Assembly (NCBI GenBank): GCA_964016885.1
Contig: OZ024741.1
Coordinates: 238,886,001 to 238,950,000 of the forward strand
DNA from: Eledone cirrhosa
Lineage: Eukaryota
Direction of reading: 5' to 3'
Length of the DNA stretch: 64,000 nucleotides
Positions 12,211 through 24,223 of the stretch are shown here, in pieces. The notes beneath the pieces were generated by a model that did no database searches, had not been told where the DNA came from, and worked only from the letters and a program-made list of their open reading frames with translations. Made by a program: the position numbers and the translations under genes. The stretch's first letter is position 1. Each line of letters begins with the position of its first letter.

Positions 12211-13512
12211 TAATCAAATAAAAACTATTTGTTTCATCACAAATCTTCATCTGTGTCATCAACTCTAGTAGAAGATTTCACTCACCATAAATTGCTTGAT
12301 CAGCCACTATAACAAACTACTAGAATAAAGAACCTAATGTATTCCACCCATCATCCAAGTCTTTTACACGAAGCCACATTGATCAAAAGAAACACATCAA
12401 AAGAGAATGGCTTTCGTCACAAAACTTATCTTTAAAATATACCATAGACAGTCTAGACTTTAGAGTATCTTTTCCACTTGAGAATTTTTGACCTCAGCTA
12501 AGTTTATCTGAAAATTATTTGATGTTGTATGGCAATAGCTGAAAAATCAATATACATCAATAAAGACAATACTTTGATAATGACTACCTATTCAAGTTAC
12601 TGGGAAAGAATATCAAAGAGGAATTGCTAAGAAAACTGATTATATTGAGAAGCAAGCAATATATTTTATTTTGACATAGTTGTTGCCTTGTTCACATTAT
12701 ATGGATGATGTAGCTGCTTATTATACAGCTTTCACGCCATCTCTTCATTGCTGGGATAAAAGAACAGAAATGAAATATCAGCCGGATATTCCATTTGTTT
12801 TTGCATACAATTATTTTTAATTTGTAGACATTTTATGAGAGTTTTTGTGTTAAATGGTACCTAGTTTACTCAACAAATATATAAAACAACAGATATTGTT
12901 GAAAGAAAATCATGAGAAAAATATAGATATTGTTGAAAGAAAACAATGTAAAACATTGCTTGCATTTTATTAATGGAGAGAGAAAGAGAGAAAATGAAGT
13001 ACAAAGAAAATATAAGTGAGGGAGGCGGAGAAAGGGAAGAATGAGGTTGACTAACTAAATGGGTAAATATGAAAGGCAAAGACAGGGTAACAATGGAACC
13101 TGAAAAAAATAGGGAGTGAGAGAAAAAGCAAAATGAATAAAAAAAAAAAATAAATAATCATTTACTTCAGTTTCACAACTCTAGTCAAAGGGAAATATGG
13201 ACAACTTATTTCATATTTTGATAAGAAAATGTTAATGAAATATTAAAACATTTTTTTCTGTCTTATGTTTCTAATATATCTATATCTAATCCTCAGAGCA
13301 AACAATACTGAATATTGTAAAGTTATTTAATAGTCACATTTAAAATCACTGGAAATAAAATCCCTTAATCATTTTCATTTAAATTAATGTATTTTTGAAA
13401 GAAACAGCTAATTTTAACATATTTCATCTGTACTATGGTAGTGTATTAGAAATGAAAGTCTTAGATACATTACTGATAATCTAAAGAAGCAGGATCAACA
13501 TTTATTTTGCTA

Positions 13513-13741
13513 TTAACCTTTTCATTATCTCATTTCTAATAAATTACACTTTCAATTGATTTTGAAAATAACCAAATATTTGGAGGAATTCGATAAAACA
13601 AAATAAAATAAAAATTTTTCATTAGTTAGTAAAAAAATTCTAAAATAAAATTATTGTAGAAGGTTTTAATATAGTATAAATATTTTAAAATGAGTAGTTT
13701 TGTATTATAAATCTGGGGTAGTTTGGTACCAAAAGGATTAA
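13513..13741. mobile_element. TTAA-type MITE (related partial copy at 18625..18845)
   Basis: TTAACCTTTT...AAAAGGATTAA termini; interior shared with 18625..18845. Confidence 0.6.
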
Positions 13742-13760
13742 TAACATATAATATCATTAT

Positions 13761-13867
13761 ATTCTATTTGTGAGCCTTCTTCTAGTTGAAATTGGTTCCT
13801 AGATCTATTTGATTTGTTATTTCTGTTAAGCATCTCCTCTGGATGCATGCTGCTAGGAGTAGTAGTA
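13761..13867 (-). pseudogene. Protocadherin paralogue fragment (cytoplasmic region, TTPSSMHPEEMLNRNNKSNRSRNQFQLEEGSQIE)
   Basis: Ungapped match to 15287..15393 with 10 differences in 107 bp by eye. Confidence 0.85.
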
Positions 13868-14394
13868 TTATTGAATTGAATGCCTTGGAGTTTTTACACT
13901 GGCTTTCTGCACTCTAAGTTCAAATCCTGCGGAGGTCAGCTTTGCCTTTCCTCCTTTCAGGATTGATAAATGAAATAGCAGTCCAAGGCAGAGGAGTAGC
14001 AGAGTTGTTAGAACATCGGACATGATACCTAACAATATCGCTTTTGGCCCTCTGCTGTCTGTGGCTGCCAACAATCTCAATGGTGTGAAGCTGAATGTGC
14101 TTTTACTTTTTCCTTGGGTAACATTGAGAGAGAAAGAGGATTTGCATGCTAGGTCTGCATTTAGGAGTGGAACTTTCCAGGTACAGACCCACAGTATCAC
14201 AAAACATCAAGACTCTCAAATATATATGAATAGAATGAAGTTGCTATTTCATTATTATGACCAATGGTTTTACAGAGTAAAAGTCAATATTATTCTAGTT
14301 AATAATTGAGATTAAAACATAGTTCCTGATTTTCAATCTGATGTAGGGATCAAATTGAAGTTGTTGCAGAATAATGGTAAATGGACAGCAACTT

Positions 14395-14550
14395 ACATCA
14401 ACTCCAGTATTTGACTGGTACTTTATTTTATTGACTCCAGAAGGATGAAAGGTGAGGTTGACCTCAATAAGATTTACACTTAGAATATAAAGAGCCAGAA
14501 CAAATACTGCTAAACATTTGTCTGATGCTCTACTAATTCTACCTGTCTAC
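14395..14550 (-). mobile_element. SINE family A, diverged (other diverged copies at 10110..10215, 13868..13965, 18485..18610, 30700..30905, 57195..57290)
   Basis: Core ctggtactttattt...aaggatgaaagg. Confidence 0.7.
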
Positions 14551-15236
14551 CCACCCACTTGGATGCTGAATAATGAGTCTTTAAACAATTAATCTCACAC
14601 TATAATTTTATTTTCATTTTATGCATATTTCCTTGAAGAAATAACATTTTATAATTTTAAGGAGTTTTAGCTAATATGGTAAAACATAAGTGATTTATTG
14701 AAAACTATATACGAGTATTTACTAGTGAACTGATATTAACAATAATGATAGCAATAGCTTTGAATGCATTCGATTTTTGGAGTCCATGATTGGTATACCA
14801 TATATACCAAGATTAATGGCTATATTATGAACATTCATACAAACAGGGAAATTTTCATTTTGATAAACTTATATTTGCATAAGAGAGACCCTAGAGTTTA
14901 TGTTGATTACTGGCACATGGAAATGATTAAAAATAAAAATGATATTTAAATAATTTGTTTATAGGGTATAATTATGGAAATGTTCAACATGTGATTACAA
15001 GCAAGATTAAATCAGAGTAACTTTGTAGAAATAACTATTTACAGGGACAACTTAAGGTTTAGAACCTAGGACCATATGATTGGAAAGCAAACTTCATATT
15101 TTTTTTTATAACTAATATAGGAAATGCATTGTACAAGTGTGTGTAAATCTTAAACAGGTACAGATAGACATATATATATAAATATACAAACACAAGTAGC
15201 ATAGTATTATGGTTGATGGATCAGTGATTTTAAATG

Positions 15237-15245
15237 ACTTACCTT
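15237..15245 (-). promoter_or_regulatory. 5' splice donor ending the protocadherin exon
   Basis: Perfect consensus AAG|GTAAGT on the minus strand. Confidence 0.8.
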
Positions 15246-17615
15246 TGAAACTTTGGGAAGGCTTCTCATAATTGTTGATGTTTTCCATTCCATTTGTGGG
15301 CCTTCTTCTGGTTGAAACTGATTCCTAGATCTATTTGATTGGTTATTTCTATTGAGCATCTCCTCTGGGTGCATACTGCTAGGAGTAGTAGTAGTTTGAT
15401 AGATCAGCTGTCTCATTTCTGTGCGAGATTGATATGGTGGGTTTCCCCGAGCTCTCACTGAGCCATTTCTGCCATTATTGCACCTGACAACACAGAGCGT
15501 TATAGAAATCACAATTGCCACAGATATTATCACAGCTGATACTACAATTATAATTACCCACGTCACATCAATCATACTGTCAGATTGTATATGAACAGCA
15601 GTTAATGATGGAGATGTCTTGTTACTAACTGTCAATGTCAAAGACATTGTAACTGATGATGAAAGAACTGGAGTACCACTGTCTTTGACACTAAACTGCA
15701 ATTGATAGGATCCAGCATCATTTTGGTAAACTTTTCGAGAGAAAGACAAAGTGCCTGTGTAAGAATTAATTACAAATAACCGATTATTGTTTCCTTTGAG
15801 TATGTCATATTTCAAGAAAGCATTTTCTCTACTGTCCCTGTCAGAAGCTTTTAGAATTGTGATGTCATTTTTACTTTGTGGGTGATAGTGGACATCTAGA
15901 CTAAATGGATTAACACTAGGAAAGGTAAAATATGGAGCATTGTCATTTTCATCTAAAATTTCAATAGTGATATTTGCTGTGTTATTAAGAGATGGTTTTC
16001 CTTTATCTTTAACTAAAACTTTAAACTCATAAATATGTTGTTTCTCTCTATCAAGTGACATAGATGTGGATATGAACCCTGCATCAGTGATTTGAAAAGG
16101 AAGAAAGTCTCCATTGTAACCAAACAAAGTGTATGTCAGCTGACCTCCAGATCCTAGATCGGGATCTGTGGCATTGATATAACCTACTGGAAACTTTTCT
16201 TTCTCATTTTCAAATGTAAGAAATTTAAAAGACTCCGAAATAAAATGTGGTTGTACATCATTAACATCCATCACTTGCAGGAAAAATCTTTTCTGTACTT
16301 TGCGGGAAGGGGATCCTTTGTCTTGACATAATAGTGTGATGTCATAGTGGTCTTCTGCCTCTCTGTCTACTTGACTTTTCATTACTATTTTGTATTCTTT
16401 CGAACCCATTGCCAACAGCTTGAACTTTTTATGTTTGATATCACAGCTGACCTGTCCATTGTGTCCAACATCATTGTCAGTGACCATCACATAAGCAATG
16501 AAACTACCAACTTTGATATCTTCAGAAATGGTAGCTGTGTCATCACTGAGAGCAGAAACAAAATCTATATCAATGGTTGGAGGATTATTGTGTTGGTTGA
16601 TAACATTTACCAGAACTGTTGCTATAGAATTTAAAGGGGGGCTGCCTCCATCTCTGGCTTCAATATATAATTTATATGTAAGTTTTTCATCAAGATTGTA
16701 ATTTTTTTGTAAAAATATCTCTCCAGTAGTTTTATTCAAACTAAAATGACTTTTTACTGTATCAGAAGTCGTTGGACTAAAAAAGTAGGTAACTTTCCTG
16801 TTCTGTCCTTGATCAAGATCTGTTGTAGATAAAACAGCAACAGGCAGATGAATATTTGGTATGTTTCGAATTGAAATATTGTATATTTTCTGTGAGAAGA
16901 TTGGTCGGTTGTCATTCTCATCCTTAATAGAGATTTCAATAATCAGGGAGCTTCTTTGAGTTGGGGAACCACCATCACTAGCAATAACTTGAATACGGTA
17001 GTTGTTTTTAACTTCTCTGTCTAATGTCTGATCTAAAACAATTTCAAGGGTGGAGATGCCATCTGCTCTTTTCGAAACAAATAATGAAAACGGTTCTTCT
17101 TGTAGCTTTTCAAGTTGATAATGAATTTGTGAATTGAGAACTCCAATATCTCTATCTATGGCATTAGGGATTGATTTTCTTGCTCCTTTACGATCATTTT
17201 CAGAGAATTCAATGCTAATACTTTCACCAGGAAAATCAGGTCGATGATCATTGGCATCTTCTATTATTACTTTTATTTTTAGAATTCTCATAAAAGTCTT
17301 GGCTTTTCGAACAGCAGCTTTAACAATTTTAAAACATTCTTTATTATAAGTACATAGAATCTCTGCATCTAGTTTCTGAGCAGTGTACAGTTTTCCTGAT
17401 TTAGTAACATTGAACAGTTGAGAACCCGTCCGTTGCAACTGGCTGAATGCTATCAGCCGACTGTCTCCAGGTAAGACACTGCCCAGTAACTGAGAGTCAG
17501 CTGCAATGTCGCCAATGTATGTAGCTGGACTTCTTTCTTCTTTCACATGATAAATAAGGTCCACACACAATGAAACGTGTAGAAATAAAAATAAAAACCA
17601 TATTTTTATCAACAT
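15243..17615 (-). CDS. Protocadherin, large ectodomain exon (signal peptide, EC1-EC6, TM, proximal cytoplasmic region); 791 codons to a phase-0 splice donor
   Basis: ORF 15207..17615. It has a hydrophobic N-terminus, cadherin motifs (LDRE, DxNDNxP: DANDHRP, DENDNRP, DVNDVQP, DENDNAP; AxDxD; DGGSP/DKGxP), an EC1 C-x5-C motif (LCTYNKEC) and a TM segment WVIIIVVSAVIISVAIVISITLCVV. AAG|GTAAGT at 15243/15242 suggests the last 11 ORF codons are intronic. Confidence 0.95.
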
Positions 17616-17661
17616 ATTCCACTTTGTAGTATGAAGACTTCAGATGCAATGGTAAAATAAA

Positions 17662-17682
17662 CCTGAAATTAAATGAAAAAAT
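17662..17682 (-). promoter_or_regulatory. Candidate 3' splice acceptor 47 nt upstream of the protocadherin ATG (implies an upstream 5'UTR exon)
   Basis: Minus strand reads tttttcatttaatttcAG|gtttatt: a T-rich tract plus CAG. Confidence 0.6.
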
Positions 17683-18984
17683 GGAAGCATTTCAGTTCTT
17701 TATCCATTATAGTCTGATCTGAAAATTTATCCAAAATGAGATAATTGTATATTTTAAAATATTAATAACCCCATTTTATATATTTTTCTTAATGTACTCC
17801 TCCCTGTTTAAGTATTGATAGAAATGCTGAATTAATCTTTATTGAAAAATCAATAATTTTTTTTTTCTTTCTATGAAATGAAAGTAATGAAAATAAGAAG
17901 TGATTTGGAGGAACACACTCTACATCCCTGTCTGGGCTGCATATTTCAGCTGCACCCCACAGATATGATGGGGAAAGCATTGCCATGGAGAACAGTCAGC
18001 AACACCCACTGAATCAGCCACTCCACTTCATGGGGCTCCTTCTTCAGGCAAGATGCACTCCTCCCAATTTTGAAAGGAAAATAGTAGTTTAGAGTCTGAA
18101 TATACCAGAGGTCTTGATGGCAACTAGCATAAAAATGAAGTATTGGTCAAGTCCCGGTATTCTATATCTTCTGCTCCTCTACATTATGGCTGGCAGTATC
18201 TAGGTTAGTGGCTGAAACAACAAGGCTGGAGGTAGGGACCATGTCACAGCACATGGTATCCAGATTAGACATTTATTCCTTTCAAGCAGGGAAAGGGTTG
18301 TCCTCTCTGGGCACTTCTCACCACCATGGTCAAAGCTAACAGGATCTAGTTGTGATGGGAAACTGGCCACATCAAAGCTCCTTTTGTTGAGGAGTATTGA
18401 ATATCCTAAACTAGAGAAAATAGTCAAAATCTAAAAGTGTTTCCCAATTAAATACACAAAAATTACTTTTTGGAAATGATAATAATAATTGTTCTACATT
18501 TGGCACAATGCCAGCAATTTGAAGGGAAGCGGAAAGTCAATTAAATTGACTCTAGTGCATTACTGGTGTTTTATTTGATGACCCTGTAAGGATGAAAAGT
18601 GAGATTTGAATGAAATATACTGTCTATGTGTCAATTAATTTTGAAAATAACTGAAAAATTTGGTGGGATTTAATAAAATAACTAAATTTTCCATTGGTAA
18701 GCTGATATTTAAAACATTACTTAACAAAAATTTCTAAAATAAAATTACCATGAAAGATTTTAATATAAAGATAAACATTTAAAAATTAGCAGTTTTGTAC
18801 TATAAACACAGGGTAGTTTCAGGCAGTTTGGTATCAAAAGGTTTATATGAATGTTGTGTGTATATAATAGATTATATTTTTCTATCAGCCAATTGACTTA
18901 CAAATAATAATGTGTGTATAAAAGATTGTTTTCTATTTTATTCCATAGTTAAGATAGAGTTTGTTTAAAGCCTTACATATATGT

Positions 18985-19432
18985 AAACTTGTAGCAGAAT
19001 AATCGACCAGTGCTGTCAATAATGATGGCAATAGCATTGAATGTATTTATTTTTGGATTCCATGATTGGTATGCCATATATACCAGGATTACTGGATATA
19101 TGTACATTTATACAAACAAAGAAATTTGCATTTTGATAAATGAATGGTTTGTGCAAGAGAAACCATATAGTTTATGTTGATTACTGACACATGGAAGAGA
19201 TTAAAGATAAAAGTGATATTTTGATAATTTGTTTTGAGGATATAATTTCATAAATGTTCAGCATGTATGTTCAAATGACATAAAATATTTATAGGGACAA
19301 ATATAGGTCCTCATGATTGGAAAGCAAACTTCTTATGGCAAATAACTGAGATGGGAAATGCATTATGTATGTGAGTAAATTTTAAAGAATTACAGACAAA
19401 ATATAAATATGCATGATGTATAATGGTTGATT
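18985..19432. repeat. Diverged direct copy of the protocadherin post-donor intron (14700..15220)
   Basis: Collinear shared blocks such as ccatgattggtat, gtttatgttgattactg, catggaa, atgattggaaagcaaacttc, ggaaatgcatt and atggttgat. Confidence 0.85.
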
Positions 19433-20116
19433 ATGAAATTCTTTTATAAATTATTCAAAGATTCAATAATTCATATTTTGTCTCTAGTGCTGTATTGATT
19501 CCAAACACTTTTACTTTGGCCCAACTTCCCTTTATTGTAAATATGTAATTGCTGTTAGGAGGTAGAGTAATGCTTCATTTGCTTTCAGAATTCCATTCAC
19601 ATCACTGCCTTGTTTCGACCAATACTGTTATCAGTGGGTCAAAAATGTGAATAAGGTTGTATTTGTCTTGTTATATTTATTGTTTTATCAGGGTAAGAAA
19701 GATGTTAGTAATATGAAAACCCAAAATCTATAGCACAGAGTTTTAATTCCACAAGATATCCACTCCAGGTATCAAAAACTGTTTTATCATATTGTGTACT
19801 TATCTAAACTATTGGAAATATCTCTTCAGCGTAATTTGTTTGTGAAAAACCAAAAAAAAACAAAACAAAGAAAAAATTGTGTATGGCAATATCAAGGTAA
19901 ACACAATTCCATTTTGAATATTAAACATTGGTACTTATTCAACTGAAAAATTTCAATACAAAGAACAAACGATTCACATATTTGAGTAAAGAAGGTGGTG
20001 TATTAAAAAAAACATGTTTTATATATACATATATATATATATAAATATATATGTGTGTGTGTGGGGGGGGGGGGGCAGTATAAATATGTATATATACATG
20101 TATACGTGTATATATG

Positions 20117-20151
<35 letters not shown>

Positions 20152-20477
20152 GATGTTGACTTGTTCTTCTTTTTGGTAAATATCATCTTGGTTAAGAGAG
20201 TGGGACTGGCTTTGTGCAGTGCCTTTGCTCACTATAAAAGCTTCATGGCACAGGCATTGCTTTATATCTGGAGATCTCTCTGCACTTGTCGTCACATGGT
20301 ACCATGGGCCCAGCACTATGTGTCAATAATTGTCACAAGTGTAGTGTTTGTAACAGGGTTTTCAAGTCACTGGCTGGACTAAAAAGTCACACTCGTTCAG
20401 CGCATCGGTTGGGGTTCTCCTACATGGATGTAAAGTAGTGGCCGTACTCGAAAACGAGTTGGCAGCCCCCACCACCA

Positions 20478-20800
20478 TGTATGTATATATATATGTATAT
20501 ATATATATATGTATGTATATATTCATATATGTATGTATATATACATATATGTCTGTATACATATATATATGTACATATAAGTATGTATACATGCACATAC
20601 ATACATATATGTATGTATATATACATACATATATGTACATATATGTATGTGTATATATCCATACTAGCATGGAAAATGGACATTAAGCGATGATGATGAT
20701 GATGTGTGCATATATGTATATACATATATATATATATATGTGTGCATGTATGTGTGTGTGTATATATGTGTGTGTATATATGTGTATGTGTGTGTGTATA

Positions 20801-20831
<31 letters not shown>

Positions 20832-20910
20832 ATATATATGTGTGCGTGTATATATATATATATGTGTGTGTGTGTATATATATGTATGTGTGTGTGTGTG
20901 TGTGTATATA

Positions 20911-20941
<31 letters not shown>

Positions 20942-21105
20942 CTATATATATGTGTGTGTGTGTATATATATGTGCGTGTGTGTGTGTGTGTGTATATGTA
21001 TGTGTGTGTGTGTGTGTATATATATGTGTGTGTGTGTATATATATATATCTATATATATGTGTGTGTGTGTGTATATATGTGCGTGTGTGTGTGTGTGTG
21101 TGTAT
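20478..21105. repeat. Compound (TA)n/(TG)n microsatellite tract with an embedded LINE tail
   Basis: Direct inspection; explains the spurious ORFs here. Confidence 0.95.
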
Positions 21106-21106
21106 A

Positions 21107-21345
21107 TCAGTGGCGGCTTTTTTGCGTCCATACCAAGCGATGGTGGCTACCATCTGGTCTTTTCAGAACGTACATCGCCAGGTGACCTTTGGGCAACCCC
21201 GCATCCATTTGGCGCCAGGTGGAGTCTAGTTCATCACTGTTTTCAAGTGTCGTTCGTCGAGCAGGTGTAGAATATGGCCAGCCAGGTAGCACCAGTGTTC
21301 CACGACCATCCTCTGTAACTGTCATACCAACCTTTTCCTTGTAAT
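21107..21345 (-). mobile_element. RTE-type LINE 3' coding fragment
   Basis: Translates as LAGHILHL...PPGAKWMRGCPKVTWR, i.e. a degenerate GH...RGRPK.TW. Confidence 0.6.
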
Positions 21346-21377
21346 ATAAATATATATATATATATATATACATATGT

Positions 21378-22305
21378 ATCATCATCATCAACATTTTACG
21401 TCCACTTTTCCCTGCTTGCAAGGGTGGGACGGGTCCTATTCAGCACAGCATCTCTCCATTCATCATGGTCCCTTGTCATCTCCTCTGTGAGCTTCAGCAA
21501 TCTGAGGTCAGCTCTCACCACCTCCGACCATGTTTTTTGTGGTCTTCCTCTACTGTGTCTTCCTTCCACCAGGATTTCTTGGAACTTCTTCACCCAGCAG
21601 TCATCATCCCTGTGCCTCACATAGCCATACCAACACAGTCTTCTCTACTGCACACTACAGTTTATCCCTCTTATACACAGTTTCACTCTCAACTCCTCTA
21701 TGCTTGGTTGTTCACGCACATTGACATTGCACATCCATCAGAGCATGCTTGCTTCATTTCTCTCCAGTCGTCGCATATCCTCCGCAGTTGCTGCCCATGT
21801 CCCACTACCATGCAGCATCGTGCATCTCACACAGGCATCATATAACCGACCATTCATTTGTAGGGAGAAACCCTTTGTTGTCAACAAAGGAAGCAGCTCC
21901 TTAAACTTCTTTCATCCTGTCCTTATTCTAGACACTATGGCCTTGGAGCATCCTCCCTCCCTTGTTAATCTGATCACCTAGGTATTGAAAGCTATCAACG
22001 ACCTCTATAGATCCTACCTGCATTTGAAAAATGTGCCTATAACTGACACCTCTACTATCAATTTTCCCTGAAATTCTACTACATATCAAGTTTTCCCTTC
22101 CTGTTAGTTTTCCTGCTAGCCCACTACACCTCTTGTGTACCCAAGATCTGCATTGTGTGCATTTTATAGAATTTATGCCAACTCCTTTTCTACATATCGA
22201 ACATGGCCATTTCCCTGATGGAATCAGAGTCTTGTCCTCTTTCCTACTTATCAACACTTTAGCCTTTGCTAGGTTCACTCTCAGTCCCCTTGATTCCAAC
22301 TGCTG
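21378..22305 (-). mobile_element. RTE-clade LINE (family B), 5'-truncated
   Basis: GLRVNLAKAKV, PHD-like Cys cluster, SFQYLGD, GRPQKTW and a (CAT)n tail. Confidence 0.9.
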
Positions 22306-22574
22306 TTTCTATAGACTGGTTGGATCACTAACGGTCTTGTTTATGTATATATATATGTGTGTGTATGTATGTAAGATCATTATTCTACTTAAAACTCAAT
22401 ACTTACAAAAAGTAGAGTGTAAATATTACAGAGCTTTTACTGTTTTAACAGCAGTAAAAGCTGAACCATAAGGCAGACAAACCTGATAATATCTATATAT
22501 ATATATAGTTCAGAAATATCTTATAACCTTAAATCAGTTTATTCATTTTGTATTGAAACTAATACATAATTAGA

Positions 22575-22750
22575 TAATTGTTTCTACTTTTGGCACAAGG
22601 CCAGCAATTATCCCAGTATTTTACTGGTACTTTATTTTATCGACCCCATAAGGATGAACGGCAAAGTTAACCTCAGCGGGATTTGAACTCAGATCGTAAA
22701 GGGACATAACTATGCTGGAAAGCATGTCCGACCCTCCACCGATACTGCCT
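22575..22750 (-). mobile_element. SINE family A
   Basis: Reverse complement of 27040..27219. Confidence 0.85.
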
Positions 22751-23890
22751 GATATATAGAAACAATCACATGTACATACTTACAGAAATATTAAAATACT
22801 TTTCATAGAAAACACATAAAACCACATAGAAAATACATATAGAACCATGAAGAAAACATACAGAACTGCAAAGAAAACACATATAGAACCACTGAGAAAA
22901 CACTTATAGAGCCAGAGAAAATATATAGAAAACAAGCCTAAACAAATAATTACTTGCTTCACACTCAGATGGCTAGATTACTCTAAAGAAAGAAAAGCCA
23001 AGTGAGATATTAGTTTGAATAAATATAATAATTTTATAAAAACTAGATAAGACCTCGTTGGGATTCTGAAAAGCAAGTAAACAACAAAACCAAAGTTGCT
23101 AGATGACCTGTCAAAATATTGGTAAATCAATAGATGAGAAAAGGTTATCTTTGAAGACACTCATATGGTTTCTTGTTAGAATTACCACCCTCTAAAGTTA
23201 TCTGGTCTCCATACACTCTTGCAACAATAGCAGCAGTATTGCACATGTACACACATACACATAGACACACACATACACATGTACACACACACATAAATAT
23301 TCTGAGTATGTTTGAGTACAGAGCTATGTTGAATACATATGAACTGAAACACATACACACATGCACGTGTATATACATGCATACATACATATCTACATAC
23401 ATACATATATATACATGCATACATACATATCTACATACATACATATATATGTGTATGTGTACATGTATGTGCATAAGAATGTATATGTATACATATATAA
23501 TTAAAATAAGTAGCAATAAGGTGTCAGAGTACCATCATTAGTTTATTCAGGTGACGCATGTTTCACTGTTGATCAGCTCAAGGTTCAATCTGTATCGATC
23601 TGGCCTGACTCTGTAATTCAAAGTTCATATGACTCTTGATTTGTTAATGATGGGAGCTATATATATATAGAGAGAGAGAGAGAAGGGGGGCGGGGGGGGG
23701 AGACTGAGAGAGATGAAAAAGGAACAGAATAAGTGGAGGGAAGCTGTGTTGGGAATGACTTGTTCAACCCATGCATTTATGGAATAACAGACTTAAAATG
23801 ATGATGATAATGATATATATATATATATATGTGTGTATAAATGAAGTAATTCCGTCGGAAAATATACATTCAATAAAAACACCAGGATTT

Positions 23891-23950
23891 TTTCATTCTG
23901 ATGACTGAAAGCAGATTTGTTTGCTTTCAAGAAACCACTGGTAAATGAAA
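23891..23950 (+). ncRNA. Type I hammerhead ribozyme motif in a ~140-bp insert between (TA)n tracts
   Basis: Stem I tttcatt/aatgaaa (7 bp), CUGAUGA, stem II tgaaagca/tgctttca, GAAA, stem III ACCA-C-UGGU, GUA triplet. Confidence 0.75.
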
Positions 23951-23975
23951 TAATTATCTTATGTTGTTTATTACA

Positions 23976-24022
<47 letters not shown>

Positions 24023-24176
24023 ATGAAAAACGTAAAATACGTTTTTCATATAATACATTTTTCATATAATTGTTCTGCATCCCCTTGCATTGAACCACAA
24101 AGTTACTAAGACAAAACCTATATATTTACTTGCATAGGTATACATCTGTATATATATGTTGGTAGATATACTAATT

Positions 24177-24220
<44 letters not shown>

Positions 24221-24223
<3 letters not shown>

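Noticed and set aside
16347-16939. Short ORFs overlapping the protocadherin exon
   Set aside because: Antisense or alternate-frame by-products with no independent features.
19939-21270. Many overlapping 100-190 aa ORFs rich in Y/I/C/V/H/T
   Set aside because: Translations of TA/TG microsatellites. The same applies to ORFs at 23145-23541, 30034-30422, 50478-50811, 55541-56157 and 60875-63047.
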